Shown: positions 40,399 through 49,011, counted from the stretch's first letter. The stretch is 64,000 nt of DNA from Candidatus Bathyarchaeia archaeon (GCA_038883795.1 JAVZLK010000002.1:64001-128000), one strand, 5' to 3'. Notes: generated by a model not told the origin, from the sequence alone. A program made the numbers and translations.

Positions 40399-41517
40399 TC
40401 AATTTCTGAAAAAGGTTGTAAGCTCAGAGTTGGGAATAAACTTATGGAAGATTAAGCATTTATCAGACAGCGTATATCTAATAAGTTCCAGATTTGTTGG
40501 TTTATTTTCTTGTAAAAATTTCACAGCATCGCTTGAGAATTCTTTTGCACATAGGTAACCATATACTTTGCTTAAATTGTTTTCACAGAGAAACTCTGCT
40601 ATCCAAACCATATACTTGACAAGTTGGTTAATATGCTCAAAAGACGCTTCTTTAGTTTTTAACTCTATGATCTTATATATTCTGCAATCGTTTCTTTCCA
40701 GAAAACCAAAGACATCCATGAATTTTATGTAGAAAGAGCGAATGGTATTAGCAATGAAGCTAAAATCTCCAAAGATATTTTTAATATTTTCATGCGCCTT
40801 TAAATCCTCTGGCTCAAAGGCATTAGCCATAATCCACGCTTCCATTAATTTTTCATCTCTAACAAGACCATTAATAGGAACCAAAGGCAATTCTATCTTT
40901 TTAAAATTGGACAAATTTTTTGAAAATACACTCGAATTAGAAGGCCCTTTTGGATTATTCTTTCGAAGCAGTTCAATCAGTTTTTTACCCTCTTCAGGTA
41001 ATAGTGGTCTGACAGTTTTTTCTTTATCTTCATACTTCCATCTTTCTGGGATAGTCCATATGCCTTTACAAAGATCTTTTAACTTAAAAACTTCATTTGC
41101 ATCAAAACCTTCATCAAAATAGAGACCCTCATCAGATTTAATAGAAATTTGCCAAAGAAAGTCGCTTTCAGACAAGGAAGGTAACTTTTTATTAACCAAT
41201 TTTTCTTTTAATAAATTACTACTTCTAAATTCCTCAGGGATTGAAGGATTTTCCAGAAATGTGCTTTCAGCTCTAAAGGCACCAAAAATTTTTTGTTCAC
41301 CTTTCACATGTATAAAAATTTGATCATCTTTCTTCACCCTTTTTAGATCAGCGAATATATCATAAATAGTAGCAAGCAAAGCATTTAATTCTGCAATACT
41401 AAGCGATTTTTGTTTTGTATTCCTATAGTATTTTTTGGGAAGACGGACGCCTATATATCCTTCTCTAAGAAATTGTAAAAATGTTGATTTATTATCTACG
41501 CTTATTATATGCGGCAT
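40399..41517 (-). CDS. putative modification-dependent endonuclease (PUA/EVE-like N-domain plus NucS-like PD-(D/E)XK domain)
   Basis: VKKDDQIFIHVK..IFGAF N-domain; MDVFG...IIELK...QLVKY C-domain. Confidence 0.65.
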   Translation of the reverse strand: MPHIISVDNKSTFLQFLREGYIGVRLPKKYYRNTKQKSLSIAELNALLATIYDIFADLKRVKKDDQIFIHVKGEQKIFGAFRAESTFLENPSIPEEFRSSNLLKEKLVNKKLPSLSESDFLWQISIKSDEGLYFDEGFDANEVFKLKDLCKGIWTIPERWKYEDKEKTVRPLLPEEGKKLIELLRKNNPKGPSNSSVFSKNLSNFKKIELPLVPINGLVRDEKLMEAWIMANAFEPEDLKAHENIKNIFGDFSFIANTIRSFYIKFMDVFGFLERNDCRIYKIIELKTKEASFEHINQLVKYMVWIAEFLCENNLSKVYGYLCAKEFSSDAVKFLQENKPTNLELIRYTLSDKCLIFHKFIPNSELTTFFRN

Positions 41518-41703
41518 AACTTACTAAGATAAGATCATACTCTCACACTCAATAAAAGATTTATGTTAGGAGCCATCAATGTTGGAACAATTCAAAATCC
41601 TGAAATTTGAACTTGTGTTTAGAGGTCATATTCTCGACATCTCTTTGTATGATTCTGTCAAAATCTGGCAAAAAAGACTACTCAATGTTGTGAAAATTTA
41701 AAA

Positions 41704-41760
41704 TTCTGTTTTCCGTTTTTCGATTTTCGGTTTTCCGTATTTCGTTTTTCGGTTTTTCCG
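41704..41760 (+). repeat. degenerate 7-9-bp tandem repeat of TTTT(C)CG, about 8 units
   Basis: ttttccg tttttcg attttcg gttttccg tatttcg tttttcg gtttttccg. Confidence 0.75.
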
Positions 41761-41819
41761 AGTTGCGTTTTTTATTAAACGTTTATATATAATCCGTTTC
41801 GTTAACTAAGCGAAAAAAG

Positions 41820-42071
41820 TTGATAATAATGAGCGAAAAAGAGAAAAATCCAAAAGCCTGCCCATTATTGGTTAGCGATAACCCTAAGGACATTAAAAAG
41901 CTGAAACTTGAAAAAGGACAATGCCCAATTCCACCTATCCTTATGAATGCAAAACTTAGCAATATCGCCGAGACGGCTGGCGTTTCCGTTGAGCGAATGT
42001 TTGAAGCTTTGGTTAACATCACAATAGAAGAGTTGTGCTCAAAAGGTTTACTTAATCTGGTGAGAAAATGA
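41820..42071 (+). CDS. small hypothetical protein, possible RHH-like C-terminal helices
   Basis: IPPILMNAKLSNIAETAGVSVERMFEALV; TTTATATA box at 41782-41789. Confidence 0.55.
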   Translation: MIIMSEKEKNPKACPLLVSDNPKDIKKLKLEKGQCPIPPILMNAKLSNIAETAGVSVERMFEALVNITIEELCSKGLLNLVRK

Positions 42072-42712
42072 TGATAACTATTCATTGGCGAACAGTCCGT
42101 AAAATCTGGCGTGAATTAGCTGGTAAAAAACCTTCTCCTCAAACAAGGCATATATCGATTAACGGGCATGATGTTGTTGAAGTAATATTTACAGAAGAGC
42201 AAGCAAATGTAGTTATCGAAAGAGCTGACATAAAAGGCACAGATGCTATTAAAAAAGGTAAAAAGGGACCTATTGTTACTTTAAACCCGATGCATTTAAA
42301 TAGAGTTGGTTTCTTAGGACAAGTTGCATTTTATATATACGCTTTCGCTGATTTTAAAAAAGGTTTAGAATTAATTAAAATAGGGTATCAACCAGATATC
42401 ACCGATGTAGTTTTTAAGGGTTACCAGATTGATATAAAGACTCGTTCTAAACATTGGCATGATTGGCTTATGGTTCCAGAATTTCAATTTAAGAATAAAT
42501 TACACGATTTTTACGTTGGTTGTAGGCTTATGAGAGAAAATCCGTATATTATTCAAATATGGGGTTATGCAACTCGCAAAGAATTAGAAGAAGTTGAACC
42601 TTCCGATAAGTGGGGATATGATTTAACCAGAGCGATACCGTTTAAAAATCTTCACCCCGTTATTGAATTAAGAGATTTACGAATTAAAAAACCTCTTCAA
42701 TCATTCTTTTAA
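42068..42712 (+). CDS. putative PD-(D/E)XK nuclease
   Basis: GQVAF helix, PDITD...QIDIKTR, DFYV, WGYAT. Confidence 0.6.
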   Translation: MMITIHWRTVRKIWRELAGKKPSPQTRHISINGHDVVEVIFTEEQANVVIERADIKGTDAIKKGKKGPIVTLNPMHLNRVGFLGQVAFYIYAFADFKKGLELIKIGYQPDITDVVFKGYQIDIKTRSKHWHDWLMVPEFQFKNKLHDFYVGCRLMRENPYIIQIWGYATRKELEEVEPSDKWGYDLTRAIPFKNLHPVIELRDLRIKKPLQSFF

Positions 42713-42730
42713 ATCTCAACCTGATTCGTA

Positions 42731-43645
42731 ATTAGCGTTTAAATCTCGTGTTCAGTGCATCAACTTTTCGCTCGATAAGTTACCCTTCACCTCGGTTAAG
42801 AATAACCTCGTAAAATCGTGATGCACTAAACACAACATTTAAACGCTGATTTAAAAAAGCAACGAGATTTAGTGGCACGATTCGGTGCAATGTCTCTTCG
42901 CTTCACATGCTAGAGGATAGGTATAGCGGAAAACTCGACTCACGCTAATACGTATCTCCTAACCGATGAAACAAAGAGACATTGAATTGTTTCAACCTTT
43001 CTACCTCGAGAGAATAGGTCTGCGAAAATCTGCGTCTTAACGTGCCCTATATCCTACCGAGGTTGAAAGGTAGAAACGATAGTGCAAAGACTCTGTGTTT
43101 CTGTCGTCGGAGGCGTATAGTCAGTTCGGGAGGCAGTCCGGAGCAGCACCTATCCCCTAGGCGCAGAAACACAGAGACATTGCAGATTTACCCGATGCAC
43201 AATTTGAATACATAAAATTGAAAAATTGGTTCTCGTTTAAGAAAAATTCTGCTCACCCTATAACGCCTTTTTCTTTTTCCTTAATTGAAAATAAGCCTAT
43301 TAAGGATGAAGCACAGTTTTTCTTAAACGAGCTTCAATTTTTCAATTTTACAAAATGGGATAATACATGGAATTAGAACTTTAGTGGGTTATATCGCTTA
43401 AAGTTTGAGATTTTGAGATTTAGACTTTATAGCAGAATTTCGGGAAGGAAGAGATAGTAAGTTAGTTTAAAAGTTATCACTTTTGAAGAGGGTATATCTC
43501 TCCCTACGGTTTTTGCTATTAGACCCTAAATCTCAAAATATTGAATGTTGAATTGCGGGAAAATTTTTGCGCAAAAGCATGATAAACGCAGAATTATCAA
43601 GCGTTTAGGCACGGTTTGTTCGCTGATTTTTTAAGATTTTTCCGC
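42731..43645. repeat. array of seven long imperfect hairpins (ncRNA or ssDNA sites)
   Basis: Inverted repeats at 42731-42850, 42888-42984, 42986-43080, 43083-43184, 43213-43350, 43410-43539 and 43555-43645; no ORF of 60 aa or more in the track. Confidence 0.85.
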
Positions 43646-43757
43646 CAAAAGAGTATACCGCACAAAAACAATCAACAAGCTAAGATTATGGAACATAATT
43701 AATTAGGAGGTATAATCGAATCACCGTCCGCTATAACGAAATTTTTTGGGTGCGAAG

Positions 43758-45026
43758 TTACCGTTTTACGATAACCTCGCCATTTGAAAGCCTGTGAACG
43801 ATTTGCCAGCCAGCTTTAAGATATTGCAGAAGTTGGCTTTCGGGAATCTGTTCAAAAGTTTCGTTTAAACCCGCTCCATCTGGGTTCGTGTCGCTTTCCT
43901 TCATTAAATCTTCGAATTCTTTCTCCGTCATCCAGCGTTTCGCACGGTGACCGTATAAAGTCATTAATTCAGCGAAGAATCGTTTGCGTTCTTCAGCGTT
44001 TAAAGTTTCCATTCTGGCTTTTATTTCGGCTTTAAGCAGTTCGTCATGTTCAGGTTTCGGCTGTAAATCAATTAAGTGGTAAGCCTTTGCGTATATGTCT
44101 CTTTGAATGTTTTCAGAGGGAATTACGTAGCGGCTTTCAATGTCGCTCATTTTCAATTTATGTCCCATCCAATAACGCAATATTATGGGGTGCCTAATTT
44201 CTAAAGCCATATACGTTTCAAACAGCTTTCTTATTCGATGCGGTGAAGCTTTAACGCCGACTTTTTCGCCGAGCCTTTCCACTATTTTCGAAAGACAATC
44301 TAAACCGAGTTTTTCGTAAGGTTTTCTGTTGCTTACGGTTAATGGTGTATTATCGTTTATCGTTTCGCCCCGTTTACGCCTTAAATCCAAATATAACCTT
44401 AAAACTTCAATGGCGTTTGGTCCAAGCCAAGTTTCATATCGCACCTGTTCTTTACGCCTGATAACGTGTATGTGTATGAATTGTTCGCCTTTTTCAAAAT
44501 CTCGTTTTATGTCGCCGTAAGTTAATTCGATAAAATCTTCTCTGCTCATGCCTGAATCTTTTAAGCCTCGAATTATCCACCTTTGCTGAACAGTTGCGAC
44601 GTTATCTATTTTCTTAAATTCTTCAATCGTTAAAGGTTTAAGACCTTCAATAATGCCTACGCTCGGTGTTCCTATGTCCAATTTTATTCGACAGTTATAT
44701 TTGATTAGGCTTTTTACGGTTGCGTGAACGCTTGAGGCTACGTTTTTGGTGAAACCTCTGTTTTTGACAAGCCAATTTACGAATAAGTCAAGTTTAACAT
44801 CCCAATCTTCTAAGGCTTTGTCTAAATCCGCTTTTGCCTCAGTTTCCCATTTAGCCACCGTTTCATCAGGGTTTAACCCGCTGAATTCATGCCAAAGCAT
44901 AAGATTTCGTGAATAAATGCGTTCGGTTCTTTTGCTTCCGCTTTTCTTTGCTGCAAGCCTTTCAAATAATCTTTGAACGGTTTTAAACTGTTTCGCCCAC
45001 TTTTCATATTTGCTTTCGCTTTCCAT
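43758..45026 (-). CDS. tyrosine recombinase/integrase
   Basis: SGMSRED, RRK, SPHRIRK, WMGH, SRY catalytic-region motifs. Confidence 0.9.
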   Translation of the reverse strand: MESESKYEKWAKQFKTVQRLFERLAAKKSGSKRTERIYSRNLMLWHEFSGLNPDETVAKWETEAKADLDKALEDWDVKLDLFVNWLVKNRGFTKNVASSVHATVKSLIKYNCRIKLDIGTPSVGIIEGLKPLTIEEFKKIDNVATVQQRWIIRGLKDSGMSREDFIELTYGDIKRDFEKGEQFIHIHVIRRKEQVRYETWLGPNAIEVLRLYLDLRRKRGETINDNTPLTVSNRKPYEKLGLDCLSKIVERLGEKVGVKASPHRIRKLFETYMALEIRHPIILRYWMGHKLKMSDIESRYVIPSENIQRDIYAKAYHLIDLQPKPEHDELLKAEIKARMETLNAEERKRFFAELMTLYGHRAKRWMTEKEFEDLMKESDTNPDGAGLNETFEQIPESQLLQYLKAGWQIVHRLSNGEVIVKR

Positions 45027-45167
45027 TTTTCCACTTCCTTTAAATTAGACACTTTGCGCTTCCGCCCCTGAAGCCACGTAGTTGCTCACGTCCGTAAGGG
45101 CGCTTACGGTTTAAAAAAAAGGCGGGGATATTTTTAAACTTTATTTTATTGGACGTTTTTGTTTATT

Positions 45168-45179
45168 AAAATATACTTT
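45168..45179 (+). repeat. putative attR direct repeat
   Basis: AAAATATACTTT, about 140 bp upstream of the integrase start. Confidence 0.6.
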
Positions 45180-45269
45180 ATGGAACAACAAACTCATGCT
45201 TAAGACCGTGGTTTTACCAATAACTTTTTCTGTTTTCTCCCTTATTGTAATGTTTGGGGAAACCTAACA

Positions 45270-46358
45270 GTGCGTTACGTTCTCTTCAAAGATTATGATG
45301 GCACAACCTACGAAATTGAAATGCCATTAACTTCAAAAGTTAACTACGAAACTATCAGAAAAAGCCTTGAAATACCAGATTATGTTGACAAATCAAGTTT
45401 CACCATGGAAAGAGGCTTAGTTACCATTTGGGCTGGGCTTAACGCTCACAAAGTAAAAGAATTTTCTCCAACAGTATCTCTTCAAAAACCCATCAGAGAA
45501 CCCATACCAACTTTATTCTTTGGCGGGGCAGCAGTTCGCATGCTATCTCCAAGCGCAAACAAACCTTCAAGCCCCTTCTTCCGCGAATTAAACGACATAG
45601 ACTTAATTGCTCCCAAAAACCGCGCCCAAGACCTCTACAAATTATTGTTATCCCTTGGCGAAATTTGTGGAACAAGATATTACCATTTCGCAGCCCGTTC
45701 CGACTGCAGATTTAACGCTATGAGGGCTGGAAAACGTTACCGTGTTAGAACCATCGAAAAAATCCTTGAAGATGACTCACTAGAATGTGGAGTCCTTGAC
45801 ATATTCACAGACGCCGTGGACCTTAGGCATAAAGTTGACGTCCGCGAAGAATTCAACTTTCCAAAAGAAAACTTGTATACAATAGGCATTGAAAACGTCA
45901 TCCTCTCCAAATGTCAATTTATCTTTGACGTGCCAGTTTCCGTCCGAAATGAGCTTACCCGCCAGCACATGGAATATCGAGTTCTCAACTACCCCCATTA
46001 TAAAAGTGACCGCCTTTTGATTGGTATAGAAGAGAAGGACATGAAAGACGTATGCGCATTATTCTTTGACCACGAAATTGGCAACCAAAAAGATAACATA
46101 AACCCAGACAAAATGCGCAAAATTCTTGAAAAGGATAAGAAGTTTGCCTTAACTTTCCGGCTCAATCTCGAAAACATATTAAGAAATGATGTGGTTCTTC
46201 AAGGGATAGGGTTCTCAAAGGCAGATATTACAAAAATTTTCTCCCGCATACAGAAGATCTTAGATGCTATGCCAAAAGTGGAGAAGAAATGGAGTAGTCC
46301 ATGGTGGAACGTTGATGTGGAAACTCCTCAAATAGTTGGGAAAAGCCACATTTCATAG
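45270..46358 (+). CDS. putative nucleotidyltransferase-fold protein
   Basis: FFGGAAV...RELNDIDL (hGG...DhD), later LDIF and LSKCQ, KDMKD. Confidence 0.6.
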   Translation: MRYVLFKDYDGTTYEIEMPLTSKVNYETIRKSLEIPDYVDKSSFTMERGLVTIWAGLNAHKVKEFSPTVSLQKPIREPIPTLFFGGAAVRMLSPSANKPSSPFFRELNDIDLIAPKNRAQDLYKLLLSLGEICGTRYYHFAARSDCRFNAMRAGKRYRVRTIEKILEDDSLECGVLDIFTDAVDLRHKVDVREEFNFPKENLYTIGIENVILSKCQFIFDVPVSVRNELTRQHMEYRVLNYPHYKSDRLLIGIEEKDMKDVCALFFDHEIGNQKDNINPDKMRKILEKDKKFALTFRLNLENILRNDVVLQGIGFSKADITKIFSRIQKILDAMPKVEKKWSSPWWNVDVETPQIVGKSHIS

Positions 46359-46478
46359 AAACAGTTTTCATTAAAACGTAACGGATTCATTATCCTTTGA
46401 TGATTTTAATTGGCAAAACTTTAAATGGAGTTCCCTAATTGTTAAAGGGCGAGAAGAGTTTCGCAAGGAGAATATTGA

Positions 46479-46754
46479 ATGGGTAATGTTATAATTTCGT
46501 ACAAGATATTTCCAACAGACGTGATCGTGGACTTTACTAATTTGAAAAAGAAAATTGAAAAATGCTTGCCCGAATTTGCATCCGTTTATGGATACGGCGA
46601 AGAACCCATAGCCTTTGGCTTAAAAGCCTTAATAGCACACATAAAATTTCCAGAAGACAAAACTGGCATGCTGGATGAATTTGAAAAGAAACTTGAAGCA
46701 GTGGGTGAAATAAGCCAGGTGCAAACGATTATGGTGCGTAGGGTGAGCAGATAA
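46479..46754 (+). CDS. ef1b: translation elongation factor 1-beta
   Basis: KIFP, EEPIAFGLKAL. Confidence 0.93.
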   Translation: MGNVIISYKIFPTDVIVDFTNLKKKIEKCLPEFASVYGYGEEPIAFGLKALIAHIKFPEDKTGMLDEFEKKLEAVGEISQVQTIMVRRVSR

Positions 46755-46839
46755 CCTTAAACGATTGTTTTAAACATTTATATAGGAATGAATCTTTGCT
46801 TTGAAACATATTACGATGCAAATAACGGAGGAATTCTAA

Positions 46840-49011
46840 TTGAGTGAAGTGCAATTGCGGGTTGGCGATGCAAAACAAAGGGATGTGGGAAGGGGAATAG
46901 CCCGCATAGACCAAAGAACAATGGAAAAATTGGGCATTTCAGCAGGCGACGTTATAGAAATAGTGGGTAAAAGGTCAACTTCAGCCATAGCTTGGCCAGC
47001 CTACAGCGAAGACCAAAACCGAGACATCATAAGAATAGATGGCTTCACTCGCAAAAATGCTGGAGTAGCCATAAACGAATACGTAATCGCAAGACCAGCC
47101 AAAGTCAAAAACGCCATAAGCATAACGTTGGCGCCTGTGGATATGCGATTGAACGTTGACGAAGACTTCACAAACTTTGTCAAAAACCGCCTCATGGAAA
47201 GAACTCTCGTGGAAGGCGACACCACACTGGTTATGATGCTTGGTCATGCTATACCCTTCACGGTCTCAAAGACCCGTCCCCACGGCATAGTTAAGGTTAC
47301 CCCAGAAACAAGACTAACAATCTTGAATGAACCAGCCCCAGAAGGGCGAGGGCTTCCAAGAACAACATATGAAGACATTGGCGGACTGCAAGAGGAAATC
47401 CAAAGAGTACGCGAAATGGTTGAGCTTCCATTGAGGCATCCTGAACTTTTCCAAAGGCTTGGAATAGAACCACCAAAAGGCGTATTGCTTCATGGACCGC
47501 CTGGGTGCGGTAAGACTTTGCTGGCTAGGGCTGTTGCTAACGAGTCTGAAGCGAATTTCTTCTCCATAAACGGACCTGAAATAATGAGCAAATTTTATGG
47601 CGAATCCGAAGCCAGACTTAGAGAAATCTTCCAGCAAGCCCAACAGAATGCTCCAAGCATAATATTCATTGACGAGTTGGATGCCATAGCGCCAAAAAGG
47701 GAAGAAGTCACCGGCGAGGTTGAAAGGCGTGTTGTTGCACAACTTCTTGCCTTAATGGATGGTCTATCTGGGAGAGGAAACGTCATAGTTATTGGCGCCA
47801 CAAACAGACCTGGCGCCCTTGACCCAGCCCTTCGTAGGCCAGGACGATTTGACAGAGAAATCGAAATAGGCGTTCCAGATAAGCGGGGAAGATACGAAAT
47901 CCTACAAATTCATACTCGTGGAATGCCCTTAGCTGAGGATGTTGACTTAAAGAAGCTTTCTGAAATAACTCACGGTTATACGGGCGCAGATTTGGCGGCT
48001 CTCTGCAGAGAAACAGCCATGAAAGCCCTCCGCCGATATTTGCCCCAAATAAACCTTGAAGAGGAGCGCATACCGCCAAGCGTTTTGGAGAAGATGGAAG
48101 TGAAAATGGAAGACTTCATAAATGCCTACAAAGAAGTGACGCCCACGGCCATGCGCGAGGTCTATATAGAAGTGCCAACAATTCATTGGGACGACATCGG
48201 CGGACTCGACGAAGTCAAACAGGAACTTAAGGAAGCGGTGGAATGGCCGCTGAAAAATCCTGAAATTTTCAAGAGGCTTGGAATAAAACCTCCAAAGGGC
48301 ATACTTCTTTATGGACCGCCTGGGTGCGGTAAGACTTTGTTGGCGAGGGCTGTGGCGACAGAAAGCGAAGCCAACTTTATAACAATTAAGGGTCCTGAAG
48401 TTTTTTCAAAATGGGTCGGCGAATCCGAGAAAGCCATAAGGGAAGTTTTCAGAAAAGCCAGAATGGCAGCGCCAGCCGTAATATTCTTTGATGAGATGGA
48501 TTCCCTTGTGCCCCGGAGAGGCTTAGGCTTTGCAGACAGTGGCGTAACAGAGCGAGTCATCAGTCAACTCTTAACTGAAATGGATGGAATCCTAACTTTA
48601 GAGGACGTTGTTGTTATAGCGGCTACGAACAGACCTGACATTATTGACCCTGCAGTGCTTCGACCTGGAAGATTTGATAGGCTGATATATGTGCCAGAAC
48701 CAGATGAGAAAACTCGGCTTCAAATATTCAAAATTCACACAAGAAATATGCCATTAGCCAAAGACGTAAGCTTGGAGCAGCTGGCTGCCATAACCAAGAA
48801 TTATTCTGGTGCAGACATAGAAGCCCTCTGCAGAGAAGCAGCCATGCACGCCTTACGGAGAGATGTGAACGCTAAAGAGGTTACATTGGCCGATTTTCAA
48901 GAGGCAATGAAAAAGATTGGGCCTTCAATAACGCCTGACATGGAAAAATGGTATAAAGGCTTCATGCAGCAGGTGAGGCAAGTTCAAAAACCAGCAACAC
49001 CAGTGGCTTAG
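46840..49011 (+). CDS. cdc48: CDC48/VCP AAA+ ATPase
   Basis: N-domain plus two AAA modules (GPPGCGKT twice, RPGRFDR twice). Confidence 0.97.
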   Translation: MSEVQLRVGDAKQRDVGRGIARIDQRTMEKLGISAGDVIEIVGKRSTSAIAWPAYSEDQNRDIIRIDGFTRKNAGVAINEYVIARPAKVKNAISITLAPVDMRLNVDEDFTNFVKNRLMERTLVEGDTTLVMMLGHAIPFTVSKTRPHGIVKVTPETRLTILNEPAPEGRGLPRTTYEDIGGLQEEIQRVREMVELPLRHPELFQRLGIEPPKGVLLHGPPGCGKTLLARAVANESEANFFSINGPEIMSKFYGESEARLREIFQQAQQNAPSIIFIDELDAIAPKREEVTGEVERRVVAQLLALMDGLSGRGNVIVIGATNRPGALDPALRRPGRFDREIEIGVPDKRGRYEILQIHTRGMPLAEDVDLKKLSEITHGYTGADLAALCRETAMKALRRYLPQINLEEERIPPSVLEKMEVKMEDFINAYKEVTPTAMREVYIEVPTIHWDDIGGLDEVKQELKEAVEWPLKNPEIFKRLGIKPPKGILLYGPPGCGKTLLARAVATESEANFITIKGPEVFSKWVGESEKAIREVFRKARMAAPAVIFFDEMDSLVPRRGLGFADSGVTERVISQLLTEMDGILTLEDVVVIAATNRPDIIDPAVLRPGRFDRLIYVPEPDEKTRLQIFKIHTRNMPLAKDVSLEQLAAITKNYSGADIEALCREAAMHALRRDVNAKEVTLADFQEAMKKIGPSITPDMEKWYKGFMQQVRQVQKPATPVA

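Larger units (their letters stand above)
37230..45179. mobile_element. integrated mobile element (tyrosine integrase, RM/defence cargo, hairpin array)
   Basis: 12-bp direct repeat AAAATATACTTT at 37230-37241 and 45168-45179; integrase adjacent to the right repeat; CG-dinucleotide-rich backbone distinct from flanks. Confidence 0.75.

Noticed and set aside
41579-41701. 40-codon ORF MLEQFKILKF...
   Set aside because: Short, no recognisable motif, at the cargo/backbone junction; may be a remnant.
42731-43645. CRISPR array or canonical integron attC array
   Set aside because: No identical direct repeats or cas genes. Hairpin ends do not match RYYYAAC/GTTRRRY and no cassette ORFs lie between units. 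Kept as an unexplained array instead.
45030-45270. tRNA gene as integration target
   Set aside because: No cloverleaf or TTCGA T-loop context was found at either end of the element.
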